A stretch of 63,949 nucleotides of DNA, the filler included, from Pirum gemmata (Eukaryota), in NCBI GenBank assembly GCA_002812295.1. It is 19 parts of 19 records of this genome, joined end to end, with 100 filler letters (N's around TTAATTAATTAA, not from the genome) between each part and the next. Parts side by side here need not be neighbours in the genome. Positions count along the whole stretch, not along the records: positions 37,130 to 40,124 come from PDIN01003826.1; positions 40,225 to 44,979 come from PDIN01003827.1; positions 45,080 to 48,763 come from PDIN01003828.1; positions 48,864 to 51,879 come from PDIN01003829.1; 15 more parts are not named here. The stretch is one strand, 5' to 3'. Numbering within the stretch: the stretch's first letter is position 1; each line of letters begins with the position of its first letter. A program made the position numbers and the translations under genes. Shown here in pieces: positions 37,398-50,089 of this stretch. The notes under the pieces were generated by a model. It saw only the letters and a list, made by a program, of their open reading frames with translations. It ran no database searches and was not told where the DNA came from.

Positions 37398-38207
37398 CTT
37401 TCCGGAAGAAGTAATTATCCAATACAGCAAAAAAATTCAAACCAAAAATAATAATTATATAAAAATAAATAAAAAGTTTTAAAAACTTGCATTACTTGCC
37501 CCTTACCAACGACATGTAACAATAAAACTATGCAGGTATAAAAATATTTACAATCATTTAAAGCCACAAACAATATTAATGGTATGAAGAAATAGAAATA
37601 GAAATGAAAGAGAAAGTGGAAGTGGAAATAATCATAGAAATAAAATAAGTATAGAAATAGGCATAGAAATAAGCACAATCATAGGCATAATCTTGATGAA
37701 AGATAATGATGATGGATGATGATGATGGATGCTAATGTATGATCATGGATGCTAATGTGTGATGGTGGATGATGATGGATGATGATGGATGATGACAGAT
37801 GACAGCAATCATGATACTGCGTGCAGCTGCTGAGTCTAATAATAATAATAATAATAATCTTATTTAAATCGAACAAAAAAATAATATTCTTATTATTTAA
37901 ATCGAACAAAAAAATAAGATTCTTATTATTTAAATCGAACTTACTAATAAAATTACATGAAAAATAAAATAAAAGATAAACATTCGAAAAAAAAACAAAA
38001 AAATGCTGACATCTTTATTTTTATTTTTATTTTTATTTTTTAACGGTATCATGAAACAAAACTTTTAAAAAATTAAACTTTGAATGTGACAATAAATTAC
38101 TGATAATAACGTTATAACCAATTCGAAATGTTTTAAAATAATGATCACGAATGTTGATTAGGATATTTTCACTATATTTTCTTTTTTCTATTCATTTCAC
38201 CTATTGA

Positions 38208-39503
38208 TCATGGCATTTTTTTGGATACATTCCAACGATACGAAGCATCAATTGTAGATACCGATGTAACTCCAAGTGTAACTACAGGAGGTGGACATTT
38301 TTTGCAGGTAACAGCAGACGCAGCTGGAGGTGGTGGGCATTTTTTGCAGGTAACGGCAGGTGCAGCAGCAGGAGGTGGACATTTTTTACAGGTAACACCA
38401 AGTGCATCTGTAGAAGGTAGAGGTGGACATTTTCTTAAAACAATATTTTCTTTTTCTACAGTTAAGCATTTACCACTATAAGCTTGTATAAGCCATGTAC
38501 CTGTCACTTTATCGCCAATGAACTTGAAGTTGAAGTATTGTTCCATTTTATCTGCAGAACATATGGTAACACCATAAGCTCCATCACTCTTCATGTAAAA
38601 GCATTGGTTTGAATAATTTTTATACAATTGCAAGGAAACAACATTGTACATACCGGTGAGAGCGTTAGGTTTTAACTTCCAACCTCTTCCAGGATTTTCG
38701 GAACAAATCATTGTCATTTCACTTACCTCACCACTTATGGTTGGATGATGGGCAAGACAAGCGTAGTCGTTTACAAGAGTTACTTCTATATTAGTGGGTG
38801 GCACAGGTGCTTGAGAAGTTGCTACATCAGAGCGTTTAGCTTTGGTAACAGCGATAGGGCTAGGATTGGTAACAGTGACAAGACCAGGTTTGATAACGGT
38901 GCTAATGAGAGGGTTAGGTATATGCGGTACCTTCCAGCGATACGCAGCATCGATATCAATTTCAGATGTAACGTCGGATCCAAGAGAAGGACATCTTCCT
39001 ATAACAATATTTTTTTCTTCTTCTACAGCTAAACATTTACCGCTGAAAGATTGTATAAGCCATGTACCTGATACACTATCGCCGATGAAGTTGAAGTACT
39101 GTTCCATTTTATCCGCTGAACAACTGGTTACACCATAAACTCCAGTACTCTTCATGTAAAAGCATTGGTTTGCATTATTTTCATTGAAAGAAACGACATT
39201 ATACATACCGGTAACAACGTCAGGTTTTAACTCCCATCCTCTTCCAGGAATATCAGAACAAATCAAAGTCAGGTCAGTTTCCGACCCACCACTTATGGTT
39301 GGATGATGGGCAAGACAAGCGTAGTCATTCACAAGTTGTACCTCTGTATTAATAGGTGGCATAAGAGGTACAGAAATTGGTCCTTGAGCAAAGGACTCAG
39401 CAGCTCCAACTGGTCCTCCATGGCGCCCAATCGGTCCTGCTTTCACCATCGAAGAACCAACAAAAAATAAAGAAATTATTAATATAGCTTCAGAGAACAG
39501 CAT
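38208..39503 (-). CDS. Secreted protein with two tandem ricin-B/beta-trefoil-like domains, intronless
   Basis: Signal peptide; ~150-aa duplicated unit (LVNDYACLAHHPT..C..GW..NQCFYM..C..EQYFNF..SGKCL..C..YRW); three VTCKKCPPP repeats in domain 2. Confidence 0.75.
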   Translation of the reverse strand: MLFSEAILIISLFFVGSSMVKAGPIGRHGGPVGAAESFAQGPISVPLMPPINTEVQLVNDYACLAHHPTISGGSETDLTLICSDIPGRGWELKPDVVTGMYNVVSFNENNANQCFYMKSTGVYGVTSCSADKMEQYFNFIGDSVSGTWLIQSFSGKCLAVEEEKNIVIGRCPSLGSDVTSEIDIDAAYRWKVPHIPNPLISTVIKPGLVTVTNPSPIAVTKAKRSDVATSQAPVPPTNIEVTLVNDYACLAHHPTISGEVSEMTMICSENPGRGWKLKPNALTGMYNVVSLQLYKNYSNQCFYMKSDGAYGVTICSADKMEQYFNFKFIGDKVTGTWLIQAYSGKCLTVEKENIVLRKCPPLPSTDALGVTCKKCPPPAAAPAVTCKKCPPPPAASAVTCKKCPPPVVTLGVTSVSTIDASYRWNVSKKMP

Positions 39504-40659
39504 TGTGGCTTGTTTTTGTTTTTTTTGTCTTATTGTCTATAGCCTGAAAAAGATTTATGAACTTAATTAATTATTATTTGTTTGTTTATTTTTCTTTATT
39601 TTATATTTTAATTATTATCAGTATGTTAGTAACAGTTACTTTTGTTATTAATATTTTGTTTTGGTTTTGTACTTTTTTTGTTCTTTTTGAAATTTTTGAG
39701 TACCACTTTATTATATATACAAAATTATTATAATATTATTGTATTATAATATTTTTTTATTTTTTTAATCTCTAGAAAAAGTTATATATTGTATATATTT
39801 ATTATTATCATAATAATATATATTTGCTCATCAAGGAAGATGACGCTGGTGTCTCTGACCTGGTCACTCTACAGTACTAGACTAGTGTCTACACCAATTT
39901 TAAAAAATAAAATTAAATTAGTATTAGTCTAAAAATAAAATTTTGTTGTTGTTGTATAGTAGGCTTAGTATCATAGCTTGTAGGCTTGAAGCTACCTGTC
40001 TAATGACAGTAAATCTAGTTTTTCATTTTTTCTAGTCGTTTTTTTTTTGTTTGCTAACTTGTATTGCTGTGCTTATTATTATTATTATTATTATTATTTT
40101 CAGTATTATTATTATTATTATTATNNNNNNNNNNNNNNNNNNNNNNNNNNNNNNNNNNNNNNNNNNNNTTAATTAATTAANNNNNNNNNNNNNNNNNNNN
40201 NNNNNNNNNNNNNNNNNNNNNNNNATTATTATTATTATTTTTATCATTATTGCATTTACTATTATTATTATTATTCCTTATTATTATTCATTATTATTAT
40301 TCATTATTATTATTCCTTACTATTATTCATTATTATTATTCATGGTAGATGAGGAAAGTGATAGTGTACTTAAAAGAAGTGGTAGTTACAAGCCTACCTA
40401 AACGTGTGGTTACAATTATAATGGTAATTTGTAATAACAATAACAAAATAGTTACACCCGTAATATAATGATTACAGAGGGTGTAAATTAAAAAAATAAA
40501 AGTTTAGCTAAACTTAGTGTACTAAGCCATAGTAGTAATAGTAGTATAGGCAATCGCATTTGCTTTCATCACTATAACGAGTGATGGGAATGTAATATAT
40601 AAATACAAACCGTAACAGAAATAATAAAAAATTTGAAGAGAACAATTAAAACAATTTAC

Positions 40660-41100
40660 CATCTTCTTTCTCCTACTAGGGGTTTTAAAAGGTGTAGCGC
40701 CTGCTTTTTTGACATTTTCTTTTGACTCACCTACTTCCATAGAAGTAGAATCTCCTTCCTCTTGTTCTTCGTTTTCACTAGCTTCATCATCATCATCCTC
40801 CTCCTCCATTTTCACAGAAATAATATGAGTTTCTTTTGGTACATCTTTTACCTCCTCACTGGAAAGTGTTGTATTTGGTAACTTCTCATTTTCAGTTTCA
40901 GTGATTATTTCCTTTTCTGATTCTTTGAAGTGTATATGTGATGTTTTAATTGGGCAATTTTGTGGTGTTGCTTCAAAAACAAGAGCTTTTTCTACATTTT
41001 GCGTCTCGGGCTGTACATCGTTTTGCATCTTCGTAGACGGATCAGTAAAAACCATTGGAAAGGTTTTTTTGTTTTCTACTTCAAAATATCCATATACCAT
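40660..41100 (-). CDS. Hypothetical acidic/disordered protein, probable 5' exon
   Basis: Open E/K/T-rich frame ending PFKTPSRRKKM|GTAAAT. Downstream exons not resolved. Confidence 0.5.
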
Positions 41101-41388
41101 AAATGTATTATTTTTTTATGAGTAAGGATTGACACGCGTTTTGGAAAAAAAGGGGTAGGCTATTTTTACTTTTTGTTTTCTTGTTATTGTTATTGTTATT
41201 GTTATTGTTGTTATTGTTATTCTTATTGTTATTGTTATTGTTATTGTTATTGATATTGTTATTGTTATTGTTATTGTTATTACTATTGTTATTATTATTA
41301 CTATTATTACTACTACTGTTATNNNNNNNNNNNNNNNNNNNNNNNNNNNNNNNNNNNNNNNNNNNNNNNNNNNTTATTGTTGTTATTG

Positions 41389-41419
<31 letters not shown>

Positions 41420-41543
41420 GACACTTTTTATTATAAATAAATAAGCTAATATAGCCAGATGATATTTTATAACAATAATTATCACTAGATACTGTAACTA
41501 TTCGTTAATTGCCAATGTTAAAATTCTCATGATATTTTTCATA

Positions 41544-43858
41544 TTAACTTGAAAGCGTCCTTGAAAGAGTAGGAGGCAAATGATATTCATTATCGTCTCC
41601 AAAATTAATATTTGACTTTATATTCATATTTAACGTTGATGGTTTGAATGTAGAATTAGGAGTAGGCATAAATTGAGGGAAACTATATTCACCACCTTGC
41701 CCAACACCATGCGTTATTGGTACATCGTAATCAAGCTCAGCGGGTGACTTCAAAGGGTTGTTTGTTAAGGATTTCTGTAAAGTAGAGGTAATTGGTAAAT
41801 AATACTCACTACTTTTTCCATCACCATCATTCTCATTCTCTTTATCTTTATTGTCGTTATTCTTATTGTTGTTATTATATTCCAACTGCAGGTATACAAT
41901 ACAATCATAATCAGAGTCTTTATCATTATTATTATTCAAACTGCTAGTTGTATTTTGTCCTGATAGTATTTGACTTTGGTATTCCTCATCTGTTTGCAAA
42001 ACAACTTTCCCCTGACTTAGACCTTCTTGCTTTAGAAATTCTTCTGGACTTAATCCACCCAAAGCATCAACAATTTTACTTTTTTTATAACGGTTTAATA
42101 CTAACCCCACTGCAACAACCAAAATAATCACAAGAAGTATCACCCCACCAACCACGCTGCCTATAATCATAACGCTATAACTAGAATCACTATCTGTGCT
42201 ATCGTTTGATTTCATTTCCATCAACAGTTTTGATTGTGGTTGTGATGTTGGTTGTGGTGATGATGACGATGATGTTCGTAATTGTTGTTGTTGTTGTTGT
42301 TGTTGTTGGATGGCGTTGGATGGTGTTGAATGTTTTAATATTGTTGTATCTTCTTCTGTTAATGTTGTTGTTGTTGTTGTTGTTGTTGTTTCCGTTGCAT
42401 CCAAGCTAGGTGTGGCCGTAGTTGCTATAAGTCTTGGTGTAATTGCTATTGTAGTATTCTTCTCACCCTTTGTTTTATTTCTGAAAAAAGAAAATAAAAA
42501 TAAAATAAAAAAAGTTAATTAATTAAACAAACGAAACAAATAAAAGAAAATAACATAAATCTAAAGAACATAAAAGAACATAGAATATAAAGTAAATTAA
42601 AGCAAAACAATCTAAAATAAAACAAACTAAAAAAAAACACAACATACTAAAAAAATTAAAGCATAAACAAAACAAAGCAAAACCAAACAACCCAGCCCAA
42701 CGAAAACCAAAACCAAAACCAAAACCAAAACCCAATCTCAACCACAACCACAACCACAACCACAACCACAACCACAACCACAACCACAACCACAACCACA
42801 ACCACAACCACAACCACAACCACAACCACAGCCACAACCCCAAGCCAAAACCCCAAACCAAAACTAAACCCAAAACCAAAACCACAAACCCAAAACCCAA
42901 AACCCAAAACCAAACCCAACCCCCACAAAAAAAAATTACACTTACAATGCTTGAAAAAAATATTTTTTTAAGCGGTGAAGACCATAAGCAACTCCACTCA
43001 TTACAAGCATTTTACCAACATTAACTTTTTTCCGATGTCTGCGAACCTCATATTCTTTCTGTGCATCTCTCATACTTCTTACGTTTGTTAAACTAATTTT
43101 TTCCAAATCGATTAGTAATCTCCCTTCCATTGTATTTCGCCCAGTTTGTTGTACGTTTTTCAATTGGTCATTCAATTTTTTATTTAAGTTATCCAACGAA
43201 GCTTTACTTATTTCTAAATTAAAAGCTTCATATTCAGCTTGATTCTTTAAATTTTTAAATATAACTTTTTCTTCATCTATTACACTCTTCCATTTTTCTA
43301 CTGTTACTTTATCATCTAGATTAACAAAAGGACGTGCTTGACGGCCATTTTGTACTTTCTTAACAAAAGAATGAGTTCGGTCATCAACCTCTTGCACTAC
43401 CGCTTTTCTCCATTGTAACTCCATTTGTTTTTGTTTCTGTAATACATTTAAAAGAAACTTACACCTTCTCAACTCTAAATCCACCCACCTATACTTATCA
43501 TTACAATAATTTTCTTGTAAATTGTCATTGTTATTTATATAATCATCGCGTAATTGATCATAGAAATTTAATTTTTCGATATAGTTTTCTATACAACTAT
43601 TAGAATCTTCACTTAAACCCATTCTCACGTAAAGCTCTTTAGTAGCCTCATCTTCGATTAAGTTAGTTAAGTATTCGTTATATTTGGTTATGTATTCGTA
43701 TTGTTTTTCGGATGTTAAACTAGTACTGTATTTCAAATGTTCTTGTTCCAAAAGATTTTCAATCACTTCTCCTCGTTTTGGTGCTAACTCATTTCTCTGT
43801 ATATTAAAATTATGTTTCCTAAGATTTTCTGTACATCTCCCTTTACTTGAACAACGAG
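41544..43858 (-). CDS. Single-pass membrane protein: coiled-coil region, Thr/Gln stalk, TM and Tyr-motif tail (exons 43858-42946 and 42480-41544, joining inferred; 5' part missing)
   Basis: AG at 43860-43859 opens the 274-aa frame. GTAAGT at 42945 and CAG at 42483-42481 join in phase 2 to the 286-aa frame. TM IIGSVVGGVILLVIILVVAVGLVL; tail has four YxxP motifs. Confidence 0.65.
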
Positions 43859-44653
43859 CTATTATTATTATAAATAGGGTTAGGGTTAGGGTTGGGGTTG
43901 GGGTTAAGGTTAGGGTTAAGGTTAGGGTTAAGGTTAGGGGTCAGGGTTATATATATAGAAAATAAGAGTAAAAGTTATTAAATTGTAGTTAACGTTATCT
44001 TTTCAAGTAACAATCAGTAAAACTATTGATAAACAAAGAAAATTTACTATCATAAATGATCATAACTATTGAGAATAGCAAGAATATGTATTAGTAAGAG
44101 TTAGAATAATTAAAAATGGACAAAGGTTTTTTTTTTGTAAGTAAATGGATAATGTAAACAAAAACAACAACAAGCAACAACAACAACAAACAACAAACAA
44201 GCAACAANNNNNNNNNNNNNNNNNNNNNNNNNNNNNNNNNNNNNNNNNNNNNNNNNNNNNNNNNNNNNNNNNNNNNNNNNNNNNNNNNNNNNNNNNNNNN
44301 NNNNNNNNNNNNNNNNNACCCTAACCCTAACCCTAAAGCCCTAACCCCTAACCCCTAACCCTAACCCCCCTAATAACCCCTACTAGCTAGCTAGCCAGTA
44401 ACACTCCAGTAACCCTAACTAAACCTAAAAAAAATTATATAAAAAATAGATGTTATAATAAATAATGTGATTCGAAGTTCAAACTTTCGGCAGTAATAAA
44501 ACACTAATAAAATAGTTAGATTCGATAATTTCGATTCGAGAACTATTCGAGATCAAAATTTGTCTTTTTATCATATTTGGTTGTTTTTAGCAGATTTTTG
44601 CAGTATTTTTGCCTAGCTAGTTAGGGTAGAGTTCTAGCTAGCTAGCTAGGGGT

Positions 44654-44885
44654 AGTAGGGGTGAGATATCTACTGGAACTTTTTTCGAACAGATGCTTAT
44701 CGAGCCAACCTAAGTTCCGTGTTTCTTACTAATAATAGTAGTTAAATATCTTAAATAGTAAATCTAATTATAGCAGATACCAATTAAAGTAAAAATATTA
44801 ACATTACTAGTAATAAAAATCATAAAAATCGGAAAGTTCCAGCAGCTGTTCGGTAATAATAAAATGACGTCATCTCACCCCTACT
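44654..44885. mobile_element. MITE family A, full-length copy
   Basis: AGTAGGGGTGAGAT...ATCTCACCCCTACT. Confidence 0.92.
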
Positions 44886-46198
44886 GCTAGGGGTAGAGTT
44901 AAAATTATTTTATAAATAATAGATCTCAATAATATCAATAATCAGCACCATCACTCTATTATTATTATTATTATTATTANNNNNNNNNNNNNNNNNNNNN
45001 NNNNNNNNNNNNNNNNNNNNNNNTTAATTAATTAANNNNNNNNNNNNNNNNNNNNNNNNNNNNNNNNNNNNNNNNNNNNAATACTTTCTTTATTAGTATT
45101 TATATTGATCCTATTTTGGAGATAATGGTTTTATAAGGAACTTATCGCCTTATATTATTCTTCATTTCTCTGCTGAGTTCAAGTTGCAGTACCCTTGCCC
45201 AAGTTAAACTTGGATCCCTCTGGCCCGCTGGTTGTTTTAGAGTCTTATGACTTTCGATTGGTTATTCATGACGCCTGTGGCCAGACTGTGGGTTTAGTTT
45301 TGAGTTATTGATATCTAGCGAGCTAGCTAGCTGACTGGTTGCAGACTTTCTTGAAATTGTTTTTAGCTACCAAGCATTAATAAAAATACTAAATATAACA
45401 ATAAATTATAATGCATGACCTGATTGAGTTCAGTATTATCATAGCAGTAATGCAGTATCTCACGGAAATAGGGGGTTGAGAAAAAAAAGCTTTGCAAAGG
45501 ATCTATCAAAAGCTACCAAAAGGAAAACTTTTTTCAACAAAATATAACTTGATTGATTTTTAAAGTTTGCATAGTAAATATAATTTATCGCTTAATTATT
45601 TATTAAGAAACAGTTGTTTTATTAGATATACAAGAGTATTACAATTCTATAACAATTGATCAACTCAACAACNNNNNNNNNNNNNNNNNNNNNNNNNNNN
45701 NNNNNNNNNNNNNNNNNNNNNNNNNNNNNNNNNNNNNNNNNNNNNNNNNNNNNNNNNNNNNNNNNNNNNNNNNNNNNNNNNNNNNNNNNNNNNNNNNNNN
45801 NNNNNNNNNNNNNNNNNNNATAATAATAATAATAATAATAGTAATAATAATTATAATAATAATAATAAGCTTAAGTATGTACATAATAATTATAATAACG
45901 TTTTAATTTAACAATAATAATTAATATTAACATATAGTATTAATTATATTATAATAATGATTATAATAATAGTAATAATATTACTAGTAATAATAATGAT
46001 GATGATTACAATAATAGTAAGGGCAGTAATGGTAATAATAGATCTTATTATAACTATATGATGGTAAAGTTAGTACATTATCTATTATAATAAGGTAAAA
46101 CTCAAAGGGAGATGTTTGAGGTATTTATGGTGTACCTAAATGCAAAGTATTATATATTAGCTATATATTATATAGACACAAAAAGATTTGTTAGTTTA

Positions 46199-46233
<35 letters not shown>

Positions 46234-47162
46234 GAAAAAAGAAAAACCGATGTGAATTTTAAATAGAAAAAAGAATTAATTAAATAGAAAAAAGGAAAAA
46301 ACGATGTGAAAGTAAATCATTGCTCGATTTTTTAAATAGTTGTGTATAGAATAACTTTGTGTCATTTTAATACCCAAAAGAGTGGTAAATAGTAAATGTA
46401 AAATGACTGTGTACTACGGTGTGTCATTAATACTCAAAAGAGTGGTAAATCGTATATTAAAATACATATACTTCTTTTAAAATATAGTGTTATTATTATT
46501 ATTATTATCATTATTATAGTATTATCATTTATATTATATTATGTAAAAATATTATGATTTATAAAATTATCATATAGAAGAGACTACACTACGCTTGGAT
46601 TAAAACATTTATTACTAAAAAATGCAGGTTTTGACCCAACGGTTTCCGGAATATATAAAATGAAAATATTGCTTTTTAATTAACGTTCAGCAAGATAATA
46701 TAAGGTTAAAAAATATTAAAAATAAGTTAAGTAAACTACAAAGTACAAAGTCGTAAATGTAAAACTTAGAAGTTATTTGTTAATTAAATGTTATTAAAGA
46801 GCAGGTCACACCAGAGTCTCATCAAATCATAGTAATTTATAATTTATAGACAGGGAAGGTTTCCCTAGTATCGAATCAGTAATTGCAATTCAACAGAGGA
46901 AGCTTCCTTCAACATCAAATCAGTAATTCTCAAATGAATAGAAAAAACGCAACGTAACCAAATCTGATTATGTAATTATTCAAACCAATCAGCTTAAGTT
47001 AGACCATCATGAATAGACGCAAAATAGACTATCATGAAAGACACCAACTGTACTAACTCGAACCATCAAAGAATTACCTGGTGGACGACAATTATATTCA
47101 TTGAAATTTCGATAATTTTCTCTTTGGATTTTTTAATATGTTATCTTTCTGTGTTTAGGAAC

Positions 47163-48056
47163 TCAAGATTTGGTAGTCTTGCATCCGTTTTTATCACATA
47201 CGGTTTCTGTGCATTTTCCATTACTACATTGGCTTTGTGTGCTGGTGCCTGGTTTGCCAGCAGGAAGAGAGGGCATATCAGAAAATGCTCCCCACGCGGG
47301 TGGATCAGGATTTGCTGCCCGGGCAGGTGGCCATCCATTAGAAGTAGAAGGCTTAGTAGACGCGGTAAGCTTAGGCTTACCAGATGGAAGAGGGGTAGAA
47401 GGCGCAGCAGCAGGTGAGGCTGATTTGGTCGTCTTACATCCATTTTGATCACATACGGTTTTTGTACATTTTCCATTACTACATTGGCTTTGTCCGCTGG
47501 TACCTGGTTTACCAGTAGGAAGAGAAGGCATACCAGGTATATTAGGCATACCAGGAAATTCTCCCCAGGTGGGTGGTGCAGGAAATTCTCCCCCCGCAGG
47601 TGGCCATCCACTAGAAGTAGTAGGCTTGGTAGACGCGGTAGGCTTAGGCTTACCAGAAGGAAGAGGGGTAGAAGGTGCTGCAGCAGGTGAGGCTGATTTG
47701 ACCGTCTTGCATCCATTTTGATCACATACGGTTTTTGTACATTTTCCATTACTACATTGGCTTTGTTCGCTGGTACCTGGTTTGCCAGCAGGAAGAGAAG
47801 GCATACCAGGCATACCAGGAAATTCTCCCCAGGCGGGTGTTGCAGGAAATTCTCCCCAGGCGAGTGGTGCAGGAAATTCTCCCCAGGCGGGTGTTGCAGG
47901 AAATTCACCCCAGGTGGGTGGTACAGGAAATGCAGATGGTGCTGGAAAAGGCGGAAAATTTGGCCAGTTATTGCTAGGAGGAGTAGGTTTTGCGTTCACA
48001 ATAATTGAACTTGCTTGTAACAAAAATGCGATTTTTTTCATTTTGAATTGACACAT
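47163..48056 (-). CDS. Secreted Pro-rich repeat protein with three 4-Cys modules and WGEFP repeats
   Basis: Signal-like MKKIAFLLQASSIIVNA; SQCSNGKCT[KE]TVCD[QK]NGCKT x3; five WGEFP; intronless and GC-richer than its flanks. Confidence 0.8.
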   Translation of the reverse strand: MCQFKMKKIAFLLQASSIIVNAKPTPPSNNWPNFPPFPAPSAFPVPPTWGEFPATPAWGEFPAPLAWGEFPATPAWGEFPGMPGMPSLPAGKPGTSEQSQCSNGKCTKTVCDQNGCKTVKSASPAAAPSTPLPSGKPKPTASTKPTTSSGWPPAGGEFPAPPTWGEFPGMPNIPGMPSLPTGKPGTSGQSQCSNGKCTKTVCDQNGCKTTKSASPAAAPSTPLPSGKPKLTASTKPSTSNGWPPARAANPDPPAWGAFSDMPSLPAGKPGTSTQSQCSNGKCTETVCDKNGCKTTKS

Positions 48057-48928
48057 GCTGAAATCTGGTTTTGTTATTTTTGTTGATCTTATTATTTTGT
48101 TTTTGTTTTTGTTTTTGTTTTGTTTTTGTTTTGTTTTTGTTTTTGTTTTTTTTTTGTTTTTTTTGGATTTTCAATTTTGGATTTTTAGTTTTTGGTGTTT
48201 TCTTAAATACTGTTTTTTCAAAAGAAAGTTTCTAAACAAAAAACCCCTTTTGTATTTCCTAACGCCAAAAAACAACACGACAACCAAAAAAACTAAGCCA
48301 AAAAAAAATCAAAAGGTTCTGTATTTTTTTTGGTTTCCAAAGCAACCATCAAAACATTCTAACCAGACAACACACCACTAAAACCACACCTCAAAGTACC
48401 TCAACCTATACCAACCCTGCTACTCACCTGCCCTCCTAGTAGTAGGCTCCTACCCATCTAGCAACACACTACAAAACACAAATAAAACAAACCTACGAAA
48501 ACATGAAAAATTAACTTACCGCAATAACCCGACCCAGGACAGCAACCTAATATAATATGAACAAAATTAGTATTTCTTCCTGTAATATATAATACAAATT
48601 GATTAGTAGTAATATAAAAGTATAATAGTAACATTGTATATTATAAATGAAACAATAAATGGTTATTCGTTCTTTTTGGTTTTTATAAAATTTAATTAAT
48701 ATTAAAATTAATAATAACAATAATAATAATAATATTAATATTAACAATAACAATAACAATAACNNNNNNNNNNNNNNNNNNNNNNNNNNNNNNNNNNNNN
48801 NNNNNNNTTAATTAATTAANNNNNNNNNNNNNNNNNNNNNNNNNNNNNNNNNNNNNNNNNNNNAAAAAAATAACAAAAATATAAAATAAACTAAAATTAA
48901 TAATAATAATAAAAATAAAATAAAATAC

Positions 48929-49261
48929 ATTTAATAGCCAATCCTCTAAAGGTAAATTCAAAAAGTTTCCAGTTTGTTGAAACTGCGGAGCATGAACGTG
49001 AGTATCAATTAAGCCAGGTAAAAACCATTGATCTTTGGGAACGTGATGAAATTCAATTTTACTATTGCTATGAGCTTCGTTGTTCACGTAACTAAAATAT
49101 AAATCATATTCTGGATCTTCTGGCGAAAAAATGAAAGAAATGATTCCTGCGTCGTCAATACCTACCATGGCATTTTCCAGAACTCTTAACTGTTTGTCAT
49201 CATCAGGTGTATGGAAAAAGTTGCCAACAACTATTTTTTTAATTTGTTTGTTAATTCTCAT
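48929..49261 (-). CDS. GDA: Guanine deaminase, first exon; truncated by scaffold end
   Basis: GNFFHTP..LRVLENAMVGIDDAGII..FLPGLIDTHVHAPQF..LNLPLEDWL: amidohydrolase HxH motif in GuaD context; GT donor at 48928. Confidence 0.9.
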
Positions 49262-49817
49262 TTTTAATATCTTTTTCTATCTTCTATTTTACATTTTGTT
49301 TGTCGTTTATCACAATAATGAAAACGTAGACTGAGGGAAGGGTGGGAGGGGGCAATCGTCGATTGGATATGGATGAAGCTGGACACTGGTTGATAAAACT
49401 ATCTATTATAAATACTGTATTTTATACATGTTTTGTCGAAAAGGCTCATAATATTATTTATATCATATCTGATAATATTATATTGATATCATATTATTAT
49501 AATATAGCTAGTCTCTAGCTAGTGTGTGTAGTGACGGTCACACTGTAGAGCGTGAGAAAACGTAGACTACCGCGGCCGGTAGCTTATCATCCAGGTCTAA
49601 TCCAGGTACGCTATCATAAATGCTATCATACATACACTTATCATACGGGATTCATACCGTAGGTAGACTCCACGCATTTTTTTTTTTTTTCATGTTTTGG
49701 GCTCTAACATCTAGCCTCTAACATAGGGTGTCCAGTAGCGACCGATAGTAACTAGCACCCCTTCTTGCGTGATGAATTATACGTTTTGATTATAAGAAGG
49801 TATTGTGTCGTCATCGT

Positions 49818-49884
<67 letters not shown>

Positions 49885-50089
49885 AGCTAAGTTGGATAAA
49901 ACAGTAGAATTTTTTTTTTTTTAGACTTCTTTTCTAAAAACCTTTAATCTTCACTAGCCAAATTATTTTTAAAAANNNNNNNNNNNNNNNNNNNNNNNNN
50001 NNNNNNNNNNNNNNNNNNNNNNNNNNNNNNNNNNNNNNNNNNNNNNNNNNNNNNNAAAAAAAAAAAAAAAAAATAGAATCTGTGAGTAA

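Noticed and set aside
35843..39503. Secreted-effector gene cluster (thaumatin-like plus lectin)
   Set aside because: The genes are separated by a linker at 37030 and lie on different scaffolds.
47034..48051. Multiple overlapping and antisense ORFs (also at 36129, 38221-39138, 58855-60180)
   Set aside because: Shadows of GC-richer repetitive coding sequence.
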